From Acidobacteriota bacterium (GTDB taxonomy: Bacteria > Acidobacteriota > Polarisedimenticolia > SMYD01): 64,000 bases of DNA. Both the position numbers and the translations under genes were made by a program. The first letter of the stretch is position 1; each line of letters begins with the position of its first letter. The stretch is taken from NCBI GenBank assembly GCA_004356015.1, contig SMYD01000016.1:6612-70611 (forward strand), in the 5' to 3' direction. The notes beneath the pieces are model-generated. The model did not search any database and was not told the origin of the DNA. It saw only the letters and a list, made by a program, of their open reading frames with translations. Below are positions 41,745-51,093 of the stretch, in pieces.

Positions 41745-43676
41745 GTGAAAAATGTGGGACGGCACTCAACGTTTTTGTTTATCTTTGCCGTGGGCATCCT
41801 GCTTTCAGGTTGTGCCGGGGCGGTGAAATCAGGTTCCGACCTGAGCGCAGTCGGGGCACCAGCTCCACCCGTCGTGTCTCCTGTGTCCCCGCCGGAACCT
41901 GCTGAGTCGGCGGATTCCAGGATCCCGGGCTGGAACCAGGCCGGTGCTCTCCCGGCGGATGCCGCGGAGGATCAGGATCCTATCGAAGATCTGATCCGCG
42001 AGGCCGATGAGAACTATTTGAACGGCGTCGCAAGCCTCCACCGGGGCCACGACCAGGACGCGCGCAGGTCGTTCGATGAGGCAGTGTCCATCTATCTCAA
42101 GGCGCCCGGCAGCCTGGTCGACGATCCGCGTCTGGTGGAGCAGTACGAGGATGTTCTCGACTCCATCCACCGGGCCGAGGTGGATGCCCGAGCCGGTGGT
42201 GTGGGTGAGCTTCTGGTCCCGGCCGAGAACCTGCGGGCCATCACCGCTTTCCTCAGCCCGGCCGACGCGGCGCGCGAAGAAGAGAAGGTGCGCGCCAGGA
42301 ATGCCAACGTGGCTTACGACATGCCGGTGGAGATCAACAAGAAAGTTGTGGCATTTATCGATGCTTTTTCCGGTCCGCGCAGGAAACTCTTTGAGCCCGG
42401 TATGGTGCGTTCCGGACGCTACGTCCCGCTCATCCGCCGCATCTTCCGGGAAGAGGGTATTCCCCAGGATCTGTGCTACCTGGCTCACGTGGAGAGTGCC
42501 TTCAAGCCGAACGCCTACTCCCGTGCCCGTGCCAAGGGGTTGTTCCAGTTCATCGCCTCCACCGGGCGCCAGTACAACCTGAAGTCCGACTGGTGGGTCG
42601 ACATGCGCTCGGATCCCGAGCTCTCGGCGCGGGCCGCGGCCCGGTATCTCAAGGCCCTCTATGCCGTGTATGGCGACTGGTATCTTTCCCTGGCCGAATA
42701 CAACGGCGGCACGCGAGTGCGCCGCGCCTGGGTACGCAGCGGGCGCAAGGCCGACTTCTGGGATCTGGCGCGCACCACCCGCATCCGGCGAGAGACACGC
42801 AACTACGTGCCCCAGATTCTGGCCGCCATCGTGCTGCACAAGGCGCCTGAAAAATACGGACTCACCACCGAGCGGGCCAAACCGCTGGTCTACAACACCA
42901 TATTCCTGGACGAGAGCCTGGACCTGAGAGTGGCGGCTCGCCTCGCCGGAACCACGCTGGAGGAGATGATCGCCCTCAACCCGGCCCTGCGCCGCATGGC
43001 GACTCCACCGGACTACCGGAATTTTCCCCTGCGGGTGCCGCCGGATTCAGGCGAGCGGTTCAAGACCGAGCTGGCCAAACTGCCGGCGGCGGAAAAACTC
43101 CCGTGGTACCACCACCGAGTTCGCCGGGGCGAGACCCTCTCCACTATCGCGACCCGCTATGGTGCCAGCGTCTATGCCATCCAGAAGGCCAACAGCCTGC
43201 GCAATCCCCACCGCATCAGCATCGGCCAGGATCTGATGATTCCCGGTTCAGCGGTGCGGGTGGCCGCTCTGGACAGCATGCCGGTGTCCAGTGGCACGCC
43301 CGACGGTACCCGGGTCACTCATCGCGTCCGGCGCGGTGAGAGTCTCTCCACCATTGCCCGGCGTTACCGCACCGACGTGCGCAGCCTGGCCGTGTGGAAC
43401 TCCATTGCCGACCCTCGTCTCATCCGTTCCGGCCAGCGCCTGGTGGTTTACACGGGCACCAGGGCCGGCGGGCCGGCACCCACAGGCAGTCATAACGCCC
43501 GGGCCGGTGGCGCCGGCAGGCAGCGCACAGCAACGACCTACACCGTCAGGAAGGGTGACACGCTTCACGGAATTGCCCGGCATTTTGGCGTCTCGGTGCG
43601 CGCCGTACAGTCCTGGAACGGACTCTCCGGCAGGACGCTCATCCATCCCGGCAAGAAGCTGACCATCTATCGCTGA
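41745..43676 (+). CDS. mltD: Membrane-bound lytic murein transglycosylase D (SLT domain plus three LysM domains), lipoprotein
   Basis: GTG 41745 with GGGAGGAGG RBS; lipobox ...FAVGILLSGCAG; SLT catalytic region (...HVESAFKPNAYSRARAKGLFQF...AEYNGG...). Three LysM repeats (HRVRRGETLSTIATRYG..., HRVRRGESLSTIARRY..., YTVRKGDTLHGIARHFG...). Confidence 0.85.
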   Translation: MKNVGRHSTFLFIFAVGILLSGCAGAVKSGSDLSAVGAPAPPVVSPVSPPEPAESADSRIPGWNQAGALPADAAEDQDPIEDLIREADENYLNGVASLHRGHDQDARRSFDEAVSIYLKAPGSLVDDPRLVEQYEDVLDSIHRAEVDARAGGVGELLVPAENLRAITAFLSPADAAREEEKVRARNANVAYDMPVEINKKVVAFIDAFSGPRRKLFEPGMVRSGRYVPLIRRIFREEGIPQDLCYLAHVESAFKPNAYSRARAKGLFQFIASTGRQYNLKSDWWVDMRSDPELSARAAARYLKALYAVYGDWYLSLAEYNGGTRVRRAWVRSGRKADFWDLARTTRIRRETRNYVPQILAAIVLHKAPEKYGLTTERAKPLVYNTIFLDESLDLRVAARLAGTTLEEMIALNPALRRMATPPDYRNFPLRVPPDSGERFKTELAKLPAAEKLPWYHHRVRRGETLSTIATRYGASVYAIQKANSLRNPHRISIGQDLMIPGSAVRVAALDSMPVSSGTPDGTRVTHRVRRGESLSTIARRYRTDVRSLAVWNSIADPRLIRSGQRLVVYTGTRAGGPAPTGSHNARAGGAGRQRTATTYTVRKGDTLHGIARHFGVSVRAVQSWNGLSGRTLIHPGKKLTIYR

Positions 43677-43705
43677 AGGCCGCGCGGCATCGGCCGCCGA
43701 GCCTT

Positions 43706-44572
43706 CTACGCGTAGCCCAGCTTGTCCAGTCCCTCGTCGTCCAGTCCCATGGCATGGCCTATTTCGTGCAACAGGGTCACTCGGATTTCCTCCAGCAGAC
43801 GCTCCCGGCCCGGGCAGTAACGCTCGATGTTGCGTTGGAAGAGGTGGATTCGATCCGGTTCCGCCGGCACCGTGTCCATGAGGGATCGCTCCAGCAGCGG
43901 GGTGCCTGAGAACAGGCCGAAGATCTCGGGATCCAGGAGGGGCTCGACGGAGAACAGCAGGTCTTCCGTCGGCAGGTCGTCCACCAGGACCGGGATATTC
44001 TTCAGGTAATCGCGGAAGTAGGATGGTAGGAGGGCCACCGCCTTCAGCACGATCTCATCGAATTGCCGCCGGTCCACCCGGAACGGCGCGTGGAAGCGAT
44101 CCGGGGCCAGTTCCACGGCACGGGCCATGCTTTCATCGGCCGCGGCGAATTTCCCCTCCCGTTCCAGGCACAGGCCCAGGGAGTAGTGGGCATCGGCCAG
44201 GCGTTTTTCGCTTTTCAAAACCTTCTTCAGTTCATGGCGGGCGGCCGTGAAGTGGCAGGTTGAGAACTGGGCTGAAGCGAGGCAGAACCGGGCATCGGGA
44301 TAATCGGGGTCAAGTTCCAGCGCGAGTCGCAGGTAGGGAATGGCCTCTTCCGCGTGGCGCATCTCGGCCAGCGCCGCGCCGCAGAGGTAGTGCCCGGGAG
44401 CGGATTCAGGATCGGCTTCCAGGGCTTCCCGCCCCATGTCCAGAGCCTCCTGAAAGCGGGTCTCCTCCAGAGCTTCGTAGGCCTGATCGATCAGTTCATT
44501 GTAGTCACGTGCCACAGCCGTCACACTCCTGAGGGTGATGGGTATTATCGTCTGCGCCCGCGCATTTTGCAA
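43706..44572 (-). CDS. TPR-repeat protein with C-terminal HExxH zincin-like (possible metallopeptidase) domain
   Basis: 288 aa; N-terminal TPR-like repeats; C-terminus ...VTLLHEIGHAMGLDDEGLDKLGYA resembles small 'possible zinc metallopeptidase' (Zincin_1-type) proteins. Confidence 0.5.
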   Translation of the reverse strand: MQNARAQTIIPITLRSVTAVARDYNELIDQAYEALEETRFQEALDMGREALEADPESAPGHYLCGAALAEMRHAEEAIPYLRLALELDPDYPDARFCLASAQFSTCHFTAARHELKKVLKSEKRLADAHYSLGLCLEREGKFAAADESMARAVELAPDRFHAPFRVDRRQFDEIVLKAVALLPSYFRDYLKNIPVLVDDLPTEDLLFSVEPLLDPEIFGLFSGTPLLERSLMDTVPAEPDRIHLFQRNIERYCPGRERLLEEIRVTLLHEIGHAMGLDDEGLDKLGYA

Positions 44573-44685
44573 CGACCCTGGGCAACAACCTTCCGTGTTG
44601 ACCGTCCTCAGGACGCGACTGGAGGCACCTCCTGTCCAATCGGGAAATACTCCGCTTCTATCTGCCTCTGATCCTCACCTCCCAG

Positions 44686-45936
44686 ATGATGACCCTGTCC
44701 GTGCCCCTCATCAATCTGGGCCTGGGGCGTTCCGCCAACCCCACCCTGGCCCTGGCCGCCTATGCCGTGGGGTTCTCCATCTCCGTGGTGTTCAACGCAC
44801 CGGTCCTCTCGGCCCGGGTCGTGACGGCAGGTCTGGCCCGCTCCCCGGCGGCCTACCGAACCGTGGCCCGGGTCATGCGCCTCCTGGGTCTGGTTCTGTC
44901 GGGGAGTGCCGTGACCCTGTCCCTGCTGCCGGCGGGCAAATGGCTGTTCACGGATCTTCTGGGAGCACCGCCCGAACTGGTCGGCCCGGCTCGTCTGGTC
45001 CTGCTGCTGCAGGCGCCCATCCCCATGCTGGTGGCCGAACGGGGACTCGCTCAGGGGATGATTCTTCTCTACCGGCAAACGGTCCTGATCACCCTGGCCA
45101 CCCTGGCGCGGCTGGCGGCGGTGACGGCCATGGTCCTGCTTCTGGCGGTGGTTTTTCGTCTGCCCGGCGCCGCGGCCGGAGCGCTCTCCCTGACCTCGGG
45201 GATCGCCATGGAAGCTCTCTGGATTCGTGTTTCCGTTCGCCGCCGGTTCGGGCCGTTTCGCCGGCCGCTGCCTGCCGGCACGCCGGTGCCGGGCACCGAG
45301 TTGACGTCACGCCGGGTCCTGGGATTTGCCCTTCCCCTGGCCCTGAATCACACAGTCTGGTCCATGCAGCGCGCCCTGATCAACTCCTTCATCGCCCGCC
45401 TGGCCGATCCTGTGACGGCCCTGGCGGCGTTCGGGGTCGTGACCCCTCTCTTCCTGTTTTTTTCGTCCCCTCTGTTTGGCATGCAGGCTACCGTTCAGGT
45501 TCTGCCGCGCAACCGCAGAGATCTCCGCCAGCTGGCACGGTTCACTCTGGCAGTGGCAATCGGCCTCTCCTTGAGTTCGGGCATCGTGGTCTGGGGGGCT
45601 GCGCGCTGGATCCTGGAGGCGGGATATGGCCTGGCCGGGCGGCCTCTGGCCGCGGCGCTGCCGGCTCTGGCGTGGATCTGGATTCATCCCCTGCTCATGG
45701 GGTTTCGGGCGTTCGGCCAGGGGATGCTGCTGCGCACGGGAAGAACGGGACCCATCGCCCTTTCCGCCGCCTCGAGGGTGGTGCTGGTGAGCTCGCTGGG
45801 TTTTGGCCTCGTCGCCGGCTTTCCCGAAGGCAACGGTGCCATGATCGGTATCAGTATGCAGATGGCAGGAGATGCCTGGGATATGGTCCTGGCCTGCCTG
45901 TGGGGCGCTCGTGCTGTGCGCCGCAGCCTGCGTTAA
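44686..45936 (+). CDS. MOP-superfamily (Wzx/MurJ/PST-like) polysaccharide or lipid-linked oligosaccharide flippase candidate
   Basis: 416 aa; about 12 TM helices, Arg-rich short loops; no other start in frame upstream. Confidence 0.45.
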   Translation: MMTLSVPLINLGLGRSANPTLALAAYAVGFSISVVFNAPVLSARVVTAGLARSPAAYRTVARVMRLLGLVLSGSAVTLSLLPAGKWLFTDLLGAPPELVGPARLVLLLQAPIPMLVAERGLAQGMILLYRQTVLITLATLARLAAVTAMVLLLAVVFRLPGAAAGALSLTSGIAMEALWIRVSVRRRFGPFRRPLPAGTPVPGTELTSRRVLGFALPLALNHTVWSMQRALINSFIARLADPVTALAAFGVVTPLFLFFSSPLFGMQATVQVLPRNRRDLRQLARFTLAVAIGLSLSSGIVVWGAARWILEAGYGLAGRPLAAALPALAWIWIHPLLMGFRAFGQGMLLRTGRTGPIALSAASRVVLVSSLGFGLVAGFPEGNGAMIGISMQMAGDAWDMVLACLWGARAVRRSLR

Positions 45937-47369
45937 CCCCCTCCCGGTGTCTCACCGCCGCGGGTGATTCGTCTCACCTCGCGGGCCAGCAGCAGGAGAG
46001 CGATGAGATTGGGAAAGGCCATGAGAGCATTTCCCAGGTCTCCTATCTTGACCACCGTCTGGATGCCTGCCTGGCTGGGCAGAGATCCCAGGAACATCAG
46101 GAGGATGAACAGCAGCCGGTAGGCGTTCTGAATGCGCAGGCCAAAGAGGTATTCGGTGCATTTCTCGCCGTAATAGCACCAGCCCAGCAGGGTCGAGATC
46201 CCGAACAGGAACGAACCGATGGTGACCACCGCGCCGCCATAGGGAAGGACGGAATCGAAGGCATGCATGGTCATGTCGATGCTGTTGAGAGCTTCACCCG
46301 GGCCGCGGAAGAGGGGACTCATCTTGTAGGCGCCGGTGACCGTGATGACGATGGCGGTGAGGGAGCAGACCACGATGGTGTCGATGAAGGTGCCCATCAT
46401 GGCCACCTGTCCCTGCTTCACCGGGTCCTTGGTGCGGGCGGCGCCGTGGGCGATGGGAGCGCTCCCCAGTCCCGATTCGTTACTGAGGATGCCGCGGGCC
46501 ACGCCGAAGCGGATGGCCTGCCGGACACCGATGCCCACCGCCCCGCCCATGGCCGCCTGGGGATTGAACGCCGATTCAAAGATGAGAATAAGGGCTGCGG
46601 GGACATCCACGATCTTGATGAGAATGATGGCCATTGCGCCGAAGAAGTACAGAGCGATCATGGCCGGGACGAGCTTCTCCGCCACCCGCGCGATGCGCTT
46701 GATGCCCCCCAGGATCACCATGCCCACCAGGATGGACACCACCAGGCCGGTCACCCACTGGGGCACGGAGAACTGCTGTGCCGCCGCCACGGCCATGGAG
46801 TTGGTCTGGAACATATTGCCGGTGCCGATGAGGCAGGCCAGGGCCCCGGTTGAGGCAAAGAAAATACCCAGGAAGCGCCCCAGGCGGCCGCCGATGCCAT
46901 GCTGGCAGTAGTACATGGGACCGCCGGCCATGCTGCCGTCCTTGGCCACCTGCCGGTACTTGATGCCCAGGACCGCTTCGGCATACTTGGTGGCCATGCC
47001 GAAGATGGCAGTGATCCACATCCAGAAGGCGGCACCCGGTCCGCCGGTGGCAATGGCACTGGCCACGCCGGCGATATTGCCGTTGCCCACGGTGGCGGAG
47101 AGAGCGGTCATGAGGGCCTGGTAGGGGGTGATATCTCCCTTGCCCTCGCTCTGGTCCCGCCCCATGGCACCGGCCAGCACCAGCTTGCTGGCCGGCCAGA
47201 ACTTCCTGAACTGGACAAAGCCCGTATAAAAGGACAGTGTGATCCCGGTACCCAGCAGCAGGATGACCATGAGAGGGATCCCCAGGAGGAACTCCGGACC
47301 CCAGCCCCAGACATAATCGTCGGTGATGATAGGAATCCAGTGCTTCAGCCCGTCCCAGATCTGGTGCAT
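45933..47369 (-). CDS. Alanine/glycine:cation (Na+) symporter, AGCS family
   Basis: 478 aa; conserved AGCS blocks (...ALSATVGNGNIAGVASAIATGGPGA..., ...GILSNESGLGSAPIAH...). RBS GGAGG 7 nt upstream. Confidence 0.85.
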   Translation of the reverse strand: MHQIWDGLKHWIPIITDDYVWGWGPEFLLGIPLMVILLLGTGITLSFYTGFVQFRKFWPASKLVLAGAMGRDQSEGKGDITPYQALMTALSATVGNGNIAGVASAIATGGPGAAFWMWITAIFGMATKYAEAVLGIKYRQVAKDGSMAGGPMYYCQHGIGGRLGRFLGIFFASTGALACLIGTGNMFQTNSMAVAAAQQFSVPQWVTGLVVSILVGMVILGGIKRIARVAEKLVPAMIALYFFGAMAIILIKIVDVPAALILIFESAFNPQAAMGGAVGIGVRQAIRFGVARGILSNESGLGSAPIAHGAARTKDPVKQGQVAMMGTFIDTIVVCSLTAIVITVTGAYKMSPLFRGPGEALNSIDMTMHAFDSVLPYGGAVVTIGSFLFGISTLLGWCYYGEKCTEYLFGLRIQNAYRLLFILLMFLGSLPSQAGIQTVVKIGDLGNALMAFPNLIALLLLAREVRRITRGGETPGGG

Positions 47370-47727
47370 GGTGTTCCTCCGGCTGCGGTGGCATGGAAGA
47401 CGCCTACCGGCGGCCCATCCTACGGAAGCATGTCAGGTCCTGTCAACGAAGAGGCGTATTTCGAATCTGTCGATGCCCTGGCCGGCCGTCTCCCTGTGCA
47501 CCTGTGCGGGTGATCGGAACGACCCTCATCATGTATCACCTGGGTCCTGGCGGCGCCTGTCATGAACCGTTGCGCCGGGTTCCTCCGGCAGGCTGAAGCG
47601 GGGCCAGAGCGAAGGGGTGGCATCGCTGTGTTGCCCGCCGAGCGGGCATCTGCTTCAATAGATTCCAGAGAGTCGGCTGAACGGAGACCGCCTGCAAGCA
47701 CAGGTCCTCACTGCATCTCTCTTTGGT

Positions 47728-49233
47728 GTGGAAGCCGCCCTGATCAGGGTGGAAGCCGATGTATCCGGCGGTTTGCCCCGCTTCAGTATTGTCGGCCTGC
47801 CGGACGGTGCGGTTCGCGAAGCAGCGGAGAGGGTGCGCGCCGCGGTCAAACGGGGCGGTTTCCAATGGCCCGCCGGGCGCATCACCGTCAATCTGGCACC
47901 GGCTTCCCTGCGCAAATCCGGCGCCGGCCTGGACCTGGCCATCGCCGTGGCGATTCTCGGTGCCAGTGGTGTGCTTCCTCCCCGGCGTCTGGCGGGCACG
48001 GCCCTCCTGGGGGAGCTTTCTCTCTCGGGTGACGTCCGCCCTGTTTTCGGCGCACTGGCTGTCGCCCGGGCCGTGGCGCAGAACGACACGGCCCGTCTCC
48101 TGACCGCAGCCGGCTGCGCCCGGGAGGCGGCCCTGGTGCCCACCCTCAAGGTCTACCCGGTGGCTTCCCTGACGGCCACGGTGGAACTTCTCCGGGGGGA
48201 AGGGGAGGAGCCCTCGCCGGTTCACTGTGGGGCCGCCCAGCTTCTTCGTGAGAGCAGGAAAGTGAATGGCCCTGACCTGGCCGATGTGCGCGGGCAGGGG
48301 CAGGCGCGGCGGGCCCTGGAGGTCGCGGCCGCAGGTGGCCATAACCTTCTTCTGTATGGCCCACCTGGCTCCGGGAAGACCATGCTGGCGCGGCGCCTGC
48401 CGGGTTTACTCCCTGCCCCGACCCTGGAGGAGGCCCTGGAGATCACCCAGATTGCCTCCTGCATCGGCCTGGGTTCGAGTACGGGGCTGGTGGCGCGGCG
48501 GCCGTTCCGGGCTCCGCACCATACCCTGACGCCTGCGGCCCTGGTGGGAGGGGGCGTGCCCCCGCGCCCGGGTGAGATCAGCCTGGCCCATGGAGGTGTG
48601 CTCTTCCTGGATGAACTGCCCGAGTTTGGCCGCCGTGTCCTGGATCTTCTCCGCCAACCTCTGGAGGAACGAGCGGTGGTCCTGAACCGGGCCGGGCGCA
48701 CAGCTGTCTTCCCGGCGCACTTCCAGATGGTGGCGGCCATGAACCCCTGCGCCTGCGGCTACCTGGGTGATCCGGTGCGGGAATGCATCTGCACGCCGTA
48801 TGCTGTGGCCCGTTACCGGGGTCGCATCTCAGGACCGCTTCTGGATCGAATCGATCTGCATGTGGAGGTGCCGCGGCCGTCCCCCATGGACCTCCATGGC
48901 GTAGGCGACGGCGAGGGCAGCGAGGCGGTGCGCGCGCGAGTCGAGGAGGCCCGCGAACGCCAGATGGTGAGGTATGTCGACGTGAAGACAGCGGTCACCG
49001 CCGGACTCGAAGGCGCGGAAGTGCGGCGCCTCTGCCGTCCCACCGAGGCCGGCGGCCGTCTCCTGGTGCAGGCCATGACCCGGCTGGCTCTGTCCGCCCG
49101 CGCCCATGATGCCATCCTCAAAGTCGCCCGGACGCTGGCTGATCTGGAAGGCCTGCCGCAGGCAGGCACGTCCCAGATCGCCGAGGCGGTGGCCTTCCGG
49201 GGACTGGATCGCCTGCCGGAGAAGGAGGTGTGA
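47728..49233 (+). CDS. yifB: YifB/ComM-family Mg-chelatase-like AAA+ ATPase
   Basis: Lon-like N-terminal domain (...GLPRFSIVGLPD...), Walker A LLYGPPGSGKTML, Walker B VLFLDELPEF, C-terminal ChlI-type domain. GTG 47728 is the first canonical start; the family N-terminus appears to begin about 12 codons upstream, where there is no ATG/GTG/TTG. Confidence 0.85.
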   Translation: MEAALIRVEADVSGGLPRFSIVGLPDGAVREAAERVRAAVKRGGFQWPAGRITVNLAPASLRKSGAGLDLAIAVAILGASGVLPPRRLAGTALLGELSLSGDVRPVFGALAVARAVAQNDTARLLTAAGCAREAALVPTLKVYPVASLTATVELLRGEGEEPSPVHCGAAQLLRESRKVNGPDLADVRGQGQARRALEVAAAGGHNLLLYGPPGSGKTMLARRLPGLLPAPTLEEALEITQIASCIGLGSSTGLVARRPFRAPHHTLTPAALVGGGVPPRPGEISLAHGGVLFLDELPEFGRRVLDLLRQPLEERAVVLNRAGRTAVFPAHFQMVAAMNPCACGYLGDPVRECICTPYAVARYRGRISGPLLDRIDLHVEVPRPSPMDLHGVGDGEGSEAVRARVEEARERQMVRYVDVKTAVTAGLEGAEVRRLCRPTEAGGRLLVQAMTRLALSARAHDAILKVARTLADLEGLPQAGTSQIAEAVAFRGLDRLPEKEV

Positions 49234-49242
49234 TGTGGGCGT

Positions 49243-50007
49243 GTGCGCTGCAGCCCTGTGGTAGCATGCACTTTTCTCAACCCGCCATGCTGTGCGCCCG
49301 AAGGAGACAAGTTGAGCCGCGTCGATACGGGGCTGTTGCTGTTTGTTGAAGATCCGGCGCGCACGGTCTCCCGCTGGTCACAGGAAGAGCCGAGTGGAGA
49401 CACGGCGGTGGAAATGCTCGCCGCAGTGCATGGCGACCTGGTGGCCGTTCTCATGGGGGCGCCGGGGACCGCTCTCTACCTGGCACCGGCCGTTGCGGCC
49501 GACGAAGGCTATGTGAAGCAACTGGCCGGTACCTCCGGGGTGGCCATCCTGCAGGTGCCCATGGCTCCGCCACTGGAGCGCTGGGATGCGGGATTATCGA
49601 TCCTGTTCAACCGCTGCACGCATCGCAAGGTTCTCTGCGTCGACGGCGGCGTGCCCGATGTGGCGGTCGAGGATCTCAGCCGGGCCCGGCGCAAACTCGA
49701 TCTCTATGACATGGTTCTGGGAAGAGAAGGGGAGGATCGCTGCTGGCTGGTCGGCTTCAACGGCTACCAGGAAATCCTGGGACCGGCCAATGCCGGTCCT
49801 GACGACACCCTGCATCCTTTGCTCCAGGCCGCCGGTCGCGCCGGCCTGGATGTCTCCCTGCTGGATACCAAGCGAACCCTGGCCACCGGGCCGGACATGG
49901 ATCTGCTGCGGGGCCTGGCCCGGCGGGCGGATTATTCCCGCCTGCGCGCCGTTCTTGAACGGCACCACCCGGCCCGAAAGAGCCGCGAGGAGGCCGGCGC
50001 GAACTGA
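49243..50007 (+). CDS. Hypothetical protein, possibly DUF2064/MobA-CofC-like nucleotidyltransferase-fold
   Basis: 254 aa; GTG start; ...VLCVDGGVPDV...DLYDMVLGREGEDRCWLVGFNG... resembles GT-A-like nucleotidyltransferase folds. Weak assignment. Confidence 0.35.
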   Translation: MRCSPVVACTFLNPPCCAPEGDKLSRVDTGLLLFVEDPARTVSRWSQEEPSGDTAVEMLAAVHGDLVAVLMGAPGTALYLAPAVAADEGYVKQLAGTSGVAILQVPMAPPLERWDAGLSILFNRCTHRKVLCVDGGVPDVAVEDLSRARRKLDLYDMVLGREGEDRCWLVGFNGYQEILGPANAGPDDTLHPLLQAAGRAGLDVSLLDTKRTLATGPDMDLLRGLARRADYSRLRAVLERHHPARKSREEAGAN

Positions 50008-50065
50008 CGGGTGGCGCCGGTCTGTTGGCTGGTGTCCTCGCCCCGGCGGCGACACGGGCGGGGGC

Positions 50066-50094
50066 TTGACGGGCGAGGCTGTGGTTCCTAGAGT
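50066..50094 (+). promoter_or_regulatory. Candidate sigma70 promoter for the outer-membrane beta-barrel gene
   Basis: TTGACG 50066-50071, 17-nt spacer, TAGAGT 50089-50094; GGAGG RBS at 50184-50188 before the GTG at 50201. Confidence 0.35.
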
Positions 50095-50200
50095 CTCGAT
50101 GGCGCGTCGCCCCCATCGGCGCCCATCCCAGCCAACCGCTGGCGCCGTTCCCCACCCCACGACATCGCGGCCGCCCGCCCACGCTTCACGGAGGTAGAAG

Positions 50201-51046
50201 GTGAGATCAATCCGCTCAATCAGTGCTCCAGTCCTGGCCCTGGCCACCGCCCTCATGCTGCCTGTGGTCACGCCGGCCCAGTCGCAGTCAGCGGGAGCCA
50301 CAACCGCGTCTCCGGATGATCGGCGCTTCATCCAGATCTTCGTCCAGGATGCCGCCATCGTCGAGAATCTCTGGATCGAGGGGCAGATGCGCATTCAGTC
50401 CCTCAGCAATGGCGATGATGTTTTTCGCATCGGGCCGGTCTTCGCATTCAGCCCGCTGGACAGGCTGGAGATCGGCGGCCGCATTGATTACATCGATCGG
50501 GCTGTTCGCTTCGATGGCAGCGAATCGGGCCTGGGCGACACCACCGCCTGGGCCAAGTGGCAGTTCTTCCACAATCCGGTGCAGTTCACCGTGGGTGTGG
50601 AGTTGTACCTGCCCACCGGCGATGAAGATCAATTGCTGGGCACCGGGGAGTTCGATATCGGCGTATTCGGCGCGGTGCGCAAGAATCTGGATGAGGCGTA
50701 CATCACCGGCTATTTCGGCTTCCGGAACAACGGCGATGCCACGTTGGGGGCTGATGTCTTCAACAATGACGTCCGACTGGAAGGTGACACCAGCATCTTC
50801 CTGGGTGGCGGCGTCATGCTCCCGATCAACGATCGGTTCGCCCTCTCCGGGGAACTGAGAGTGGAGACCGAGCGTTACGAGCAATCGGTCGAGTTCATCG
50901 AAGGTGCCGAATCGCTCATCGATCTCACCGCCGGGGGCTACTGGTATCTCTCCAGGAAGGCGACCGTGCGTGCCGCCATCGCCATCGGGCTGGACGATGG
51001 CGCGCCGGACTGGCAGCTCATCGGCGGATTTGCCTGGCATTACTGA
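50201..51046 (+). CDS. Putative outer-membrane beta-barrel protein (signal peptide; alternating amphipathic strands; C-terminal aromatic residue)
   Basis: 281 aa; N-terminal MRSIRSISAPVLALATALMLPVVTPAQS signal; Gly/Asp-rich turns alternating with hydrophobic strands; ends ...GGFAWHY. Confidence 0.45.
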   Translation: MRSIRSISAPVLALATALMLPVVTPAQSQSAGATTASPDDRRFIQIFVQDAAIVENLWIEGQMRIQSLSNGDDVFRIGPVFAFSPLDRLEIGGRIDYIDRAVRFDGSESGLGDTTAWAKWQFFHNPVQFTVGVELYLPTGDEDQLLGTGEFDIGVFGAVRKNLDEAYITGYFGFRNNGDATLGADVFNNDVRLEGDTSIFLGGGVMLPINDRFALSGELRVETERYEQSVEFIEGAESLIDLTAGGYWYLSRKATVRAAIAIGLDDGAPDWQLIGGFAWHY

Positions 51047-51093
51047 GATCAGGGAGCAGGCGCTCCAGTGGGGGTGCCTGCTCCGCGCCGGGT

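Noticed and set aside
44535-46853. 772-aa plus-strand ORF spanning the flippase and alanine-symporter region
   Set aside because: Extremely Gly/Pro/Arg/Ala-rich low-complexity translation. It is out of frame with the convincing flippase (+) and antisense to the AGCS symporter (-), a GC-driven open frame rather than a gene.
47370-47727. Possible glycine riboswitch upstream of the AGCS alanine symporter (these transporters are often glycine-riboswitch controlled)
   Set aside because: Neither strand shows the tandem-aptamer hallmarks (GGAGAG ... ACCGAAGGGGCAA ... CUCAGGC ... GGACAG). A GCGAAGGGG stretch at about 47610 is on the wrong strand relative to the symporter and lacks the partner motifs. 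A covariance-model search (Rfam Glycine) would settle it.
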